From Piedraia hortae CBS 480.64 (taxonomy: Eukaryota), in NCBI GenBank assembly GCA_010093745.1, contig MU006004.1:62001-125617 (forward strand): 63,617 nucleotides of DNA, in the 5' to 3' direction. The notes beneath the pieces are model-generated. The model was not told the origin of the DNA. It was given only the letters and a program-made list of their open reading frames with translations, and did no database searches. Of this stretch, positions 36,680 to 49,253 are shown one piece after another (the first letter of the stretch is position 1; every line of letters begins with the position of its first letter). Both the position numbers and the translations under genes were made by a program.

Positions 36680-37154
36680 ACTGGGAAGGGGGATAGAGAG
36701 GCGTTTGGGATGGGGTTGGTACATATGTATTATTTTTCTTTTTAGTGTTTTTGATTGGCATAAAGCTGCAGGGATGGTGGGTTTAGTTCTTCGTTGAGCC
36801 ACACCATCTTCGAGGGATATCGCTGGATGGCCCTCGGTGGTATATGTATACAATCATTCTGGTTGATCCAGAAATTTGAGCTCTCTCCTCCGCTGAGAAA
36901 TGCACCGAAATTGAATTTCCATGAACTCGTCCACGAAAAGTTACGCACGAGCCATTGGTTCGTGCGACTAACATATCTGAGACAGTCGAAGCCAGACAAG
37001 CCCATGCGAATGGCATGATATATCCACTGATTCCACTGCCCAGCAGCTAGCTGTAGTCTATCCATCTAACCGTTAAGCCCCTCTCGGAAAAACCATCATA
37101 TCCAGTCAAGCGGAAACTCCGAAACGCACAAGACTTGAACGCTCACCATCTACT

Positions 37155-37794
37155 TTACACATCAGGCGGGTACTCCTCCACTTCCCTCTTGCCCCCTGAA
37201 TTGAGATAACTCAAGTAGCAATTCCACCCTGCCCTTGTCAGTATCCCCTCACTCAACCAAGTATCTTACTCACCAATCGACACAACATTAACCAAAAGCA
37301 CCCTCTGATCGAGCGGCACGAATTTGAAATTAACTGCCTGGACGAGGGGCCAAACCATCCAATTTTTCTTCAGCACCTCAGTATACTTCTCCCTGACCCT
37401 CTCCATGGGATCCTTCCCCTCGAGAACCGCCATCGTGCTCAGAAAAACAAACAAATTCGTCGAGGCGAAGACGCACTGATCGGTTGCGACCTTGGCTGCA
37501 ATTTCGAGGTTCGGACGATCCGGAATGACGATTTTGCGCTGGAGGAAACCAAACCACTTCGTCGCGGCGGGACCGAAGATGAAGCCGCCATAGGCTGCCA
37601 TGCGGAGGGTGCGGGGGTAGAAGTGCGTCTCGCGACGCTCGACCAAGTGTTGGGAGAGAGTATCCCCCGTTGCGAAGAGGAGGGAGGTGGTGAGAGATTG
37701 GGTAAGGAGGGGGTGAGTGGTGAGGGCGGTGCGATACCTGTCTCTTGTTAATTTGGATATTCGCTAGGGGGGATATAGAATACCAGCGCAACAT
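37155..37794 (-). CDS. SYM1: Mpv17/PMP22 family protein Sym1; introns 37738-37783 and 37229-37273
   Basis: 'LFATGDTLSQ', 'RTLRMAAYGG', 'NWMVWPLVQAVNFKFVPL' and 'GWNCYLSYLN'. Confidence 0.93.
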
Positions 37795-37954
37795 GATTGC
37801 AGTAAGTGGGTGTCAATGTGAATGCCAGGTTCTCGGATTCAGGTGGATCGACCCGCAGCGGGCCGGAGAGTGGGGGCGGGCCGAACCACTACCAGGGTTG
37901 GATGACGTATGAAATTTTTTATATGCCGCTCACGCGCGATTACAGGTTTTTAAA

Positions 37955-39283
37955 ATGGCGGCTTTCAACGATGAGGGGATTTTCTCGATCCTCGACACGG
38001 ATCTGTATAAGCTTACGATGCAGTATGCTGTTCGGAAGTTTTATCCCGCTGTGCCTGTGACTTATGATTTCACGAACCGCACCCCGCATATGCGACTGAA
38101 TCGCACGGCGTTCAGCTGGCTTGAAGAGAAGATTGCTGGGTTTGAGGAGTTGAAGTTGACGATTGAAGAGGCGGAGTGGTTAAGGAAAACGTGTCCTTAT
38201 CTTGACGAGGAGTATGTTACTTACCTGCAGGGCTACAGGTTCAAACCTGCGGAGCATGTTACGGTTACGTTTGATGGTGGGGAAGGACCCGAGGATTCTG
38301 GGGATATGCATTTGAAGATCACTGGACCCTGGGTAGAGACAATTTTGTATGAGACGCCGCTTCTTGCGCTGATTTCGGAGGCGTATTTCAAGTTCATGGA
38401 GAAGAATTGGTCGTATGAGGGTCAGAGGCAGAAGGCGTTTGAGAAGGGTGTTCGGCTCATTGAGGGCGGGTGTGCCTTTAGTGAATTTGGGACTAGGCGG
38501 AGGAGATCGTTTAAAACGCATGAGTTGGTCATGCAGGGTTTGTGCAAGGCGCAATTGTCGGCGAAGGAGGGAAGTCGAGGGAAGCTTTCTGGTACGTCGA
38601 ATGTTTATTTGGCAATGAAACATGGAGTTGCGCCAGTTGGGACAGTGGCGCATGAGTGGTTCATGGGCATTGCTGCGATAGAGGACAACTACGCTGATGC
38701 AAATGAGATTGCATTGCGGTCGTGGACGCAGACGTTTGGTCGGGGGGTCCTTGGGATTGCTTTGACGGATACATTTGGGACGGAGACGTTTTTCCGCTCG
38801 TTTACACGGCCTGCGGATCATTTGAGAAACGAGGATGGCAGTGTTCCGACTTATGCTGAAGCCTTTGCTGGTGTGAGGCAGGACTCTGGCGATCCCGAGG
38901 TTTTCATTCAAAGAATCAAGAACTTCTACGAGAAGGAAGGATTGAAGGGAAAGATCGTTGTTTTCAGCGATAGCCTCAACGTGGACAAAGCCATCCGGTA
39001 TAAAAAGTGCTGTGAAGCGGCCGGAGACGGCTTATTAATTCCGTCCTTTGGGATTGGGACGTACCTCACCAACGACTTTACGTACAGAGAAGGGGAGCAA
39101 AGCAGAAGAAGCCCGCCCCTGAATATTGTGATCAAGCTCTCACACGCAAATGGCCGTCCGGCCGTCAAGCTTAGTGATGATTTGGGAAAGAACAGTGGCG
39201 ACGATGAGCTGATTGAAAGGATCAAAAAGGAGGTTGGTTACGAAGGGCGAGCCTGGAATGATGAAGGACATCGATGGGATTGA
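37955..39283 (+). CDS. NPT1: Nicotinate phosphoribosyltransferase
   Basis: 'SILDTDLYKLTMQ', 'SEFGTRRRRS', 'GTVAHEW', 'GVRQDSGDP' and 'VKLSDDLGK'. Confidence 0.97.
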   Translation: MAAFNDEGIFSILDTDLYKLTMQYAVRKFYPAVPVTYDFTNRTPHMRLNRTAFSWLEEKIAGFEELKLTIEEAEWLRKTCPYLDEEYVTYLQGYRFKPAEHVTVTFDGGEGPEDSGDMHLKITGPWVETILYETPLLALISEAYFKFMEKNWSYEGQRQKAFEKGVRLIEGGCAFSEFGTRRRRSFKTHELVMQGLCKAQLSAKEGSRGKLSGTSNVYLAMKHGVAPVGTVAHEWFMGIAAIEDNYADANEIALRSWTQTFGRGVLGIALTDTFGTETFFRSFTRPADHLRNEDGSVPTYAEAFAGVRQDSGDPEVFIQRIKNFYEKEGLKGKIVVFSDSLNVDKAIRYKKCCEAAGDGLLIPSFGIGTYLTNDFTYREGEQSRRSPPLNIVIKLSHANGRPAVKLSDDLGKNSGDDELIERIKKEVGYEGRAWNDEGHRWD

Positions 39284-39750
39284 TGAATAGTCGAAACAGT
39301 CCTGCTTTTGTTTCGTTTTTGTCTTGTTTTTGTCTTGTTTTTCATTTTACATCTATGGATGGGTCATCGCTCCTAATGAGCTTATGCCCTAATAGGCGTT
39401 AGACGGCGCGGAGTGTCACCCCGTGCAAGCCGACTCCTTCACTCTCCGTCCTCTCCTTCGGTCCAATCCGACCGCACCTCTTCTACGTCGATTCTTCGGC
39501 CACTCGGGCCATCTTGGTTTCTGATCAACTGCCTGGGGCAGATGTCCTCGTAGAACCTGGATTGTGCCGTATACTTGGTGGAAACAGTCCTGTTAAATCC
39601 CAACTGCGGTCTCAATCTCTGTGGCGCACAAATGCAAGCCCCGCGCTAGGGTAGGTCCGAGATGCGGGATATCTTGCATTAGATGACGTCATCTGTACAT
39701 CAACTTCACCAACGACGCAACCGCGTCGGACGGCTCGATTAGCCGCCGCC

Positions 39751-41076
39751 ATGGCGGAAAGTGATATCAGTAGACTAAGTAAGAAAGTGGTACGCTACTT
39801 CTGGGATCCACCAGCGCGCAATGAAGACGACGCAGAGATCTGGTGTCTAGGTCGCCACTATGATTCGCGGTTCCACGCACGACGGGCAGCAAACTGCCGT
39901 GCAGTCCTTGTATCGACTGCACATTCCCAGTCAGATTCATCCCAAGCAGAGTCTGGAGCGGTAATCGTAAACAACGACCACCCGGAGCAGTCGGCTGAGA
40001 ATGGAAAGGCGGATTTAACCACTGCGGAAGAGGAGGCTTTGGGCTGGCCACTAGACTTCTTAGATGATCTTGAAGCGCGAATATGGCTTACTTACCGCAA
40101 CGGCTTTCCTCTTATCCCTCGATCCGCGGACAGCGGAAACATGTCATTTGCAATGAAGATGCGCATGATGGGGAACCAAAACGGCTACACAAGTGACACC
40201 GGCTGGGGATGCATGATTAGGAGTGGACAAAGTCTGTTAGCCAACACTCTGACCCTGCTACAGCTCGGTAGGGAATGGAGACTAGGGCAAAACGAAGAAG
40301 AGCACAAGAAAATAATGGCTCTGTTCGCCGATAATCCCGAAGCACCGTTCAGCATACACAAGTTTGTAGACCACGGCGCTCAGTTTTGTGGCAAACCAGC
40401 AGGCGAGTGGTTTGGACCCAGTGCCACAGCGAGGAGTTTGCAGTAAGTAACACGTTAAAACTAGTCATGCATCGCTTACCCAGACAGAGCTCTGACAAGC
40501 AAGTACGATGCAGCTAAGCTGCGAGTTTACTCAAGGCCAGACGATGGAGACGTCTATGCGGACTCAATCCTAGCAACAGCCGCCCAAAAGAGCGCCGATG
40601 ACGAGTTCCAGCCTACGCTAATAGTGCTTGGCGTACGGTTGGGAATTGACCGCGTTACTCCCGTCTATCACGCTGCGCTCAAGGCGGCTCTGGAGATGCC
40701 ACAGTCGGTAGGCATTGCCGGCGGCCGACCCAGCAGCAGTCACTACTTCATTGGCCATCAGGGGGACAACTTCCTTTACCTCGACCCGCATTATACGCGA
40801 GCACAGCTGCCACTTGACCCCACAGCCGCCGACATTGCTTCATGTCATACGCGTCGGGTACGGAAGCTTCACATTACAGAAATGGACCCATCTATGCTGC
40901 TAGGCTTTCTTATTCGCTCTACCGAGGATTTTCAAGACTGGTGCAAGGCTCTTGTAGGTGTGCCAGGAACTCCGATCATACATGTTCATGAAGATGAACC
41001 AAAGTATGCGAACGGGAGGGAAAGACCCGAAGCTGTTGACGAGGTGGAGACTTGGGATGAAGGTGAGGACGAGTAG
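39751..41076 (+). CDS. ATG4: Autophagy cysteine protease Atg4; intron 40443-40487
   Basis: Catalytic '[14 protein letters not shown]', 'GEWFGPS', 'YLDPH' and '[10 protein letters not shown]'. Confidence 0.97.
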
Positions 41077-41495
41077 AACGAGTTATGAAAGCGCAAGGTT
41101 GATATCAAGATGGCGACTGAGATGCTGATGATGTGGACTCAGTGCATTGGAATGAAAAGCAACGGGTTTTGGGTGGTTTCGATGGGACAACACGTAGCAT
41201 CTCAATAGGCTGCTCAGATCATGCTGACGAACGTAATGCATAGCTATTACAGTACTTGATTGAATGATGCGGTGTAGATTTACACCAAAGGTCGTCAAAA
41301 GGACGATATTCCGCCTAGAAGTGAAGTGTTCGATAGCGGTCAGGGTGCATGGTCACTAGATGCTAATGGAACATGTTCCCAATAGCAACACTTGCAAATC
41401 GTCCACAGTAACTATCATCTAGACGTACAGGGACATTGTCATTATTGAACTCCCTCATGGGAACACTCCCGTGCCGACATAACGCGTATTAGATT

Positions 41496-41763
41496 TTATC
41501 GGAAGGAGGGATGGATCTACTCACATCGCTTCGATATCGGGGAATTGTAAGCAGTCAACAGTGTGTGTGATAACTCACTATGGAATCCGTCTGAGGTCAA
41601 GAGAAGGCTTGCACCGCAAGACTGCTCTAGACTCTCTTCCCGGCGCGAACCGCATTCGTCGTGACAACGTCCTTTGACGTAACCACGCTCCAGGGAAAAC
41701 ATCCTCCATGAGGTAAAACCCTGGAGAGTCCGGTGCCCTGTCTACCTAAGGCAGGCATCAGAC
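41496..41763. repeat. Dispersed ~270 bp repeat, copy 2 (matches 13787-14056)
   Basis: Direct sequence similarity to copy 1. Confidence 0.93.
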
Positions 41764-42689
41764 TAATTTTCATGCAACGACATCGGTTTAGCTTGGTGGG
41801 AGGGGTATTGTCTTGGAGCCGCGTGAACGGTGCCATAGTGGCCGCCCGAGATTCCGACCAATTTCGCATCGTACGTGCAATTGGCTCCATCTCCAATATT
41901 CATTGCACCTTCCCTTTTTTTGTAGGATACCCCACATACGCTAGCGTGGCAAGATCCCAAACGCGGGAAAATAGTGGGGCAAATCGCGGGGCAAGCTGCG
42001 GGGTAACTTTGGGAAAGAGGTTTATTACTAGGACGCACCCTGGACCTCCAAAGAACAAACAATGATGACCTACGTTCATGCTTAAAATTCCCTGCCCCTG
42101 AACCTAAGAGGAATATGGGGTTTTTAACCCCGAACCCGCGCGGACAAAGCCGCTCTCGTTTTTCTACGTTTTCCACCATACCTCTACTACCACCGGTCCC
42201 TATGTCACGGGAGAACTGAGCTGGACACTGCTGGCCTTACAACTGTGTTGTACCTTAGAGAGGAACTATGGACAGGAAGGATGTGAGGCGTAGAGGGCAG
42301 AATGGTTCCGTGACACCCTACCTGCGACTTACTACATTTCTACCAGGAGCACCACCAGCGGGACTACTACAACAGAAGAGACAATGGAATGAAAACGATT
42401 CGCCTTGAAGAATGCTCTGAAGGAGTGGATCGTTCGAGCTGAGCAGTCCATATAGCGCACCCTCCCCGCTGATCGTCCTGGCGCTCTGTCTACAAGGTCG
42501 CAGCGGGGATGCAGTACGTCGCTTATAGTACGAAGGGGAGGTTCGTTCCCAAACTTAATAATGTGTAGCTGTCTGGCTTCCAGAGTCGGAACAATACCAA
42601 GAGCTATCTGCAGCACGGGACAGCTGGAAGAATGTCTGTCGGAAATGGAAGAGCTTCGCCAAGAGATCACCAGCAAATGTATTGAATTG

Positions 42690-42900
42690 TTACGAGACTG
42701 GCTTTATGTACCGACGGCTTCGACCGGTTGCCAATCTGGTTCATCGGCGCGTGCGCGATGAATGCCAACCATTTGGATATGGTATCGCGGTCAAACAAAT
42801 CTGCTTGGATGAATGGCGTTGGAAAATCTGTGTTTGTTTGACATAAGGATGGCAGGCCGGAAAGTTGTGCTGATAATGGATAATTTTTCGGCGCAGCCAA
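42690..42900 (+). mobile_element. pogo/Tigger-type (DDE_1) transposase remnant
   Basis: Broken 'YRSNKSAWM...FDIRMAGRKVVLIMDNFSA' motif typical of DDE_1 transposases. Confidence 0.75.
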
Positions 42901-44449
42901 ATCACCAATACACTGAATTACCCGTCGTGCTTCGTCCCTTGCGAGCCACTTGTGGTGTCGTCCGCTGCAACTCGCCTGAGCACCGCGTTAATGATACGCA
43001 AATGGAAGGGGCACTCCCTGCAGTCCAAAGGATTCTAACGATTGAGCCGAATCCGGTAATACCCTCTCTGAAAAGTTTGAAGCTCAAAACTACCATCCCA
43101 ACGCCCAAAATGCTCCACCGAGAAACACCAGGCAAGTGACCATTCTACCAGGTCAGCATCCCCGACACTATTCTTATGATGATGAATCCTCTCGGCAACA
43201 GTCTTGCGCAGCATCCAGAGAGTGAATTATCCCGGCAAAATCTCATTATGCTCCGAAGTATGGTATGGAAGCAAGTGAAAATGGGAGCCACAGCTCTTGC
43301 GGCTGGCGGGGCGTGGCGATCGTTGACAAGCATATGGCTTGGAGTCCAATGGCAGTCATGGGGCTGAACTGTTCTATGGCTACGAGCCTCTAACACCACA
43401 GATATGCTCTCGTAGAGAATAATCATGTCTTAATGGCGATAAGATGGGCGATTTTCACCGCACCTATAGGCAGTATTCCATATTAATATGCTTCGGTTGA
43501 GGATGGAGTACGCCGTTGCTCAGTACTGAAGGATGAACAATGTCCCGTCCACGTCCTTAGTTTGGGGGCTGGAAGCACTCTTGAAACGCGTCCTGATTAA
43601 TTTCAAGGTCTTAGCGAAGCGGGAGAAAGGGCTTATTTCTGGGCTCGGACGATTGGCTGGCATTTGAGAATGCGTTTCGCGATTTCCTGAATGACAATCA
43701 CACTCTTCACCCAACTAACCGCCCCGTACACACAAGAACAAGATGCCGCAGATACAACGGCTTGCCAGAAGTCCGCCTGGCGAGTGAAGTAGCCGTCCTC
43801 GCGGACGAAGTCCATCGAACTTGACCTAAAATAACAGCTGGTGAAAAGCCAATGGCATGGTGCTCGAGACCATCCGACACCCGCAGGTACAGCTGCAGGT
43901 GAAACAAATCTCATACAAGCGGGCGCAGGAGGTTGCCATGGAGATATCTGGTGATTTCCATAGGCTGACTCTGGGGATATACGATGATATATCGTGGACG
44001 ATAGAAAAAACTAATGATGATGTTGACCGGAAGCCTGCGATCAAATGGCGATCTGCAAGAGAGGACTGCAAGAGGAGCTTTGGGTCTGCGGCTTGATAGA
44101 TGGCCCTAGAAGCGAGAGACGCGCTCGGCCGATGAATCCGACATCCCTGACCATCTTGATCCTGCAAATCACTATTACGATGGCTGTTTGCCACGGCGGC
44201 GTTTGGCTGAAGGTCCTGGTGCATTTGGTTGAAATGGCGGGCAAGGTTGTGTCTACAGTCGTTAGCTTTTACATAGTGTGCGTGCATCAAAGGTGACAGC
44301 TATGTCCCAGGGGTGTTCAACATACGCGGTCATGTAGTAACTATCGTGGAAATTTTGGTCGTTTGTTAGTCCTTTTATTCATTACGCTGCATCTTGTCTT
44401 TCATTTCGCTGCATGACGCCAAGAAGTCCCTCACATCTTGCTGCGAACT

Positions 44450-45300
44450 TCACATCATGGAGCATCTCGTCACAAGTGTTGCTGCGTGAATATGCAAGGC
44501 GTGTAGCGTTTCGCTACGTCATGTACCGTATCTTGCTGTGTAGCCCTTCCCATCATGACACATGACGCACACCATGTCAGGTGTCTGCCACTTGCGGAAG
44601 GGTTGTTGAGACCGGATTCGAAACTCAAAGCCTTATACATCTATACCGAACTGAGTGCTGCACCACTCTTACCTAAGATAACTGGTGCGAACCTCACAAC
44701 GCTTGTGATTAAGTTTTCGATTACACAGGAAGGGTTTCCTGATGATATTTGGTTCATGACGCATCTCCAAACCCTCGGAATCACAGTTTTTAATGGACAA
44801 CTTTCTCTGCAACAAGCCGACCTAAAGGGCCTTAAACGCTTGCGGTCACTGTAGTGTCTTGGTCTTGTAGGGGGTCTCGACCTGCTATTGTTCATGGGTG
44901 AGCAATTGGTCGAGCTGTTCTCCATATTCCTTGAGCTTCGAGTGCTCAATCTCTGGACGAGGAAGAACAACATCTCGGTGGCATCATTAAAAGCACTGTC
45001 GATGAAAAGCCCCAGCCTAACACCATGTTCCCTTTATAATGATTCAAAATTGCGCGCTTTGAGTGATGAGAAAGCAGCACTCTTCCCAAGCCTCAGAGAC
45101 TTGTATCTCAAAGCAGTTCCCGCGACATGGAACCTGTTTTCAAGAAACACATGCCCAGGCTGAGAGAGGTGTATTTTCATGATTACACAGGATTCTTGAA
45201 CAGAATCATCAGAGATTTGAAGAAACGTACTGGTCATCGATATGACAAACACCAACCGTATGACGCAACATCGATGAACTGATCTGGAAAACACATACCA
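44450..45300 (+). pseudogene. LRR (F-box/RNI-like) pseudogene A
   Basis: Leu-rich repeats 'LTTLVI', 'THLQTLGI', 'LKRLRSL*', 'LELRVLNL' and 'FPSLRDLYL' with in-frame stops. Confidence 0.6.
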
Positions 45301-46753
45301 TTGAAAATACGAGGAGCTTTTGTAACGTTGCAGTCCACCCGCGGGTGCTGAGGGCACCCCTAGCCGAGCTTGCAGATCTTGGTGCATTCCAACACTAGCA
45401 GCTGCACTGTAGGCTCTGCCCTCACCGACATTTCTCGACGGGTTACTTTGGCGGTAACGTTGCGAATGCGCAATTCTACTGGTTTAGGGCCAGACATACA
45501 CTTCTTGAATGTTACGGCAAGGCTGTGTGTGAGCGGGACAACCCGCGCCGCCTAAGCGCACAGGGATTTTGATACATCGACGCGCCCTGCTGGTTATTCA
45601 TATCTACGCTAGCTACCACGCGCAAATGGACGGCGCTTCTGGATTGGTTTATAGCATGCTAGCTTCCCAGTTGATAGCGGCTCGGATTGTCCTCGTTGGG
45701 ACTTCTTGAACCTTTTCCTCTAAGCACCGTAACATTGAAAGGAAGAGCTCGAGCCCTAATGAGAATCCCTAATCATCCCACATCCATATCCCCAGAGTGA
45801 GCCGTGATGAGTACGCCGTCGTCGCACATTTACATCCCACAGGGAAGATATAATAAGAGGCTACGTGTTCTAATAAGCAGCGGCACCTCACAGGTGTGTC
45901 AGTATACACGCGTATCTAGAGCTACAGAAGAAAATTTCTGAGTATTCGAACCCTGGCCAGGGATGTGGGTCATCACCTGCGGATCGCTCCGTGGCGAACT
46001 GCACAACACTAAGCACTGGTCTTACCAGTCCAGGGTATTTTCCTGCGGTTCTCATCCGCAGAGATGGATACCATAGCGAGACCGACTGCATATGGGAGGC
46101 GAAGAGGTCTGGGCGAGAAGACATATTATACATGGAGACCATCGAGGTGAAGAAAGGCCTTGAGGTAAGTACAAGCGGATGCATACGGAAACACCAGAAT
46201 GTATATACTGTACTGGTGAAGCTATGCGTAGCCTCGTGATAGATGCTTCAACATTAAGCATCAGGCATCAATCGGATTCCAATATTACATGAATTCGGTG
46301 TGGCGATTTGGATCACATCAGCAGTTCCATGTACTCTTCAGGACCGTACTGGGCCGTATTTCCTGAACTTGATGCTTTGTGAACCCACTAACTCATGGAT
46401 CTTTCTCCTAAACAACCCTGGAAGAGTCATATGACTGATGGAATGATGACTCACCTGGCTGGTCAATGATTCACAAAGCGACACGGGACCGTAAGAAAAC
46501 CTCTGTGAGAACAAAAGCTAGGGTGTACTGCAGCTGCTGGTGCCTAAATGACCAAAGTAGTTACTAAATCAACTGTAAGTACGAATTCCAACATTAGGGA
46601 GTTATTGACGTGTCAATCACACGCTACTCTATGACTAATCAGAGCTATGTAATACGTAACATCCGCAAAGTGCATCCTGAAAGTGAAATCAACAAACACA
46701 ACAAGATGAATAAAGTGCCACATCAACCTCTCGTTCTGTATTGCATCGTAAAC

Positions 46754-47795
46754 ATGACTTCGCTTTTTCAATTCCCAGCAGAAATGCTTGTCTGAATTTT
46801 TGGACCTCTCGAAGACGACCCTTGCTCGCTGTTCAATGCCTCTATTGTCTCCCGGGCGTTTGCAGACGTCGCTGCAGAAATTCTTTGGCAAAATCCAACA
46901 ATTGAAGCATTCGCCAAAGTGTCGTCCGGAAAACAGGATCTCGCCAACAAAGTTCGTCATCTGCATGTTTTTTGCAAATCGGTTGTCGAGGACCACGGTA
47001 TGACGGAGGGTCTCTCATTTTCACAGCTACTTCAACTCGTCTCTGGACACTGTGGTCCCCATCGGTGCTTGCCAAGCGTCTCTTTCGAGCACTTTGACCA
47101 ACTCACCCGTTTCCTCGGAACAGCCGATGATCCCGGGCACAATATGCCCTTTGAGTGCCATCTTTCTGCAAACTTGCAGTTGCTGCATATTCATGACATG
47201 AACCGGGCGGGGCAGGCTGTAGAGCTCATTCCAACCAAGTGCCCCAGGAAATCCTTGCTGCAATCGACCCTATGACACATCTCCAAACTATTAGAACCGA
47301 CTCCGTTTAACAGAATGTATGTTTTCAACAGGCAGGCTTTGAAGGCCTGCGACGCCTGAAATGGCTGAGACGCCTTGAGCTCAATGGGAATATTGACCAC
47401 TACGCCTTGCCGTTCTGAGATCACCAGTTGGTTGAGCATTTCTCCGAAATGCATGAGCTTCGCGTACGCAGCCTGCGGATAAATAATCACGCTTCGGTGG
47501 CAGCTTTCAAAGCCCCAGCGGTCAACAACTCCAACCTTACCTCTTGTTGTCTTTTTCGGTCATAGACCTACGCTCTTGGTTAGATGAGAAAGCACCTCTT
47601 CTCCTGAGTCTCCATGATCTGCATCTCAAAGTCGAAGCACCAGGCATGGGCATCGTTCTTGAGAAGCAAATGGCCAAGCTCAGGAAATTGTACTTTTGCA
47701 ATCACAAAAGAATGTTGGAAAGAATCATCAAAGAGCTTCAGAAACAAGCAGGTTATCATTATGACAATATTTGCCCTTTCGTACAACGTGGATGA
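46754..47795 (+). pseudogene. F-box/LRR pseudogene B
   Basis: 'MTSLFQFPAEMLV*IFGPLEDDPCSLFNASIVSRAFADVAAEILWQNP' is F-box-like with a premature TGA. Its C-terminal 'DEKAPLLLSLHDLHLK' matches 'DEKAALFPSLRDLYLK' in copy A. Confidence 0.7.
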
Positions 47796-48128
47796 GATGG
47801 TGAGAATTTAAATAAGGAAGTTTCGCTGGCATTATTCACTTCATGGGAAACTCTCGGCCCTTCTTCTTAAAATTGTCCAGGCCTTTAACATAGGTATCTG
47901 CAATTGTGCTCATGAAACACCTCACACGCGCCAACGGTTGCGAAGTTCAGATCAGACTCTCTCGAAATTAGCTCTAGATCCAACCTCCTTGTGTGCGTTC
48001 TTCTCACCAGGCCGGTCACCTAAACTCAAGCTAGCGCAAGTACCTGACCAAATAAGTCGTCCCATGTCACGGAACCATTCCGGCCTCTACATCTCACAAC
48101 CTGTTATAATTGTGAGTGGAAATTGAAA

Positions 48129-48239
48129 GATGTGTCACGTGATGACCATGAATAACGTCCCCTCATGTATGCAGTATAGATAAGTATATAAAACATTCAT
48201 GTCTCAGTGTACTCACACTATCAGTTCGGCCCTTTAACT
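48129..48239 (+). repeat. ~110 bp dispersed repeat (possible solo-LTR fragment); inverted copy at 62835-62946
   Basis: 'gatgtgtcacgtgatgaccatgaa.aacgtcccctcatgtatgcagtata...cacactatcagttcg' is present as the reverse complement at 62.9 kb. Confidence 0.9.
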
Positions 48240-49253
48240 GTAGATGTGTACCAGTATGCATACAAGTCTCTACAGAAAACTAGTTGACGCGTCAAGTCGA
48301 GAGCCGAGAGCCAATTACTAATAATGCGCGCAATATACCGCATATTCGCAACACGTCTTTCCTGCCCATGGCTTCTCTCCAAGGTGCAACACAGTTTTAA
48401 GACAAGTAGTGTCCAGCCCAGCTCCCCGTGACATCCCCGCTATCATCTCAAACCCATGCTACCCAAATCAACCACCGAATTCAATCAATAAGAAAAGCCC
48501 CCAAGAACTAACTGCTCGTCCCAAACACATTCCACCATTGCCTGCTTCTCTCCCTACAGCAGGCAGATCTTCCACTGTCCAGAAAATATTAAACCCTTCC
48601 CATGTAAGCTGTCCCCGCCATCATCTCCGATCCATGCAGCCTGCAACAACAATCACTCAGATCTCTGAACAACGGCTTCCTCCAATTTCGCTTTGAATAA
48701 AGACCATTTCATGACCCTGCAATACAACTTACGCTTAGCTCAAAACTAGGCTCATCGAACCCCCACACCGGGATAAATTTCCAAAAAGCGAACACAGTTC
48801 TGACAACAAAGTAGATATGGCGCTCCGTCTCACCCCCAGCTACTTGATATGGGTAGCTTTGGGGAGATGGGACCACCTTCCCCATGGTACGCCACTTTGT
48901 TGGGGCTTGTACGTGTCTTCTTCTCCCGAAGAGAGTGGTACATTCTATCATGCTTTACGAATTTCTGGTCATTCTCACAGGGAAATTCGTCTGACTTCGA
49001 ATTAAACGCACGACTGTGCTACAAAAGCGAGTTTAATCGAAAGATGCGTGGATAAGGCCTTATTTTTCACATGAGACCCACTGCCTTGATTGCGTCTTCC
49101 CATGAAGCAAACGACTCCATCCCAAAACAGTTGAGATAAAAGAACCTCACCTCACCACGTCAAACTCCCTGATCTCAGTCTGAAAAAACTGCAAATTCGC
49201 TTGTAGCAATTAACCCTACTCCTACACCACGAACCAGTACTCTCCACTCCACT

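Noticed and set aside
43550..44300. Possible hAT/BED-finger remnant ('CRHNLARHFNQMH')
   Set aside because: Only a weak resemblance; no convincing catalytic motifs could be reconstructed.
45991..46239. 'DILYMETIEVKKG' GNAT-like fragment
   Set aside because: Too short and too broken to assign.
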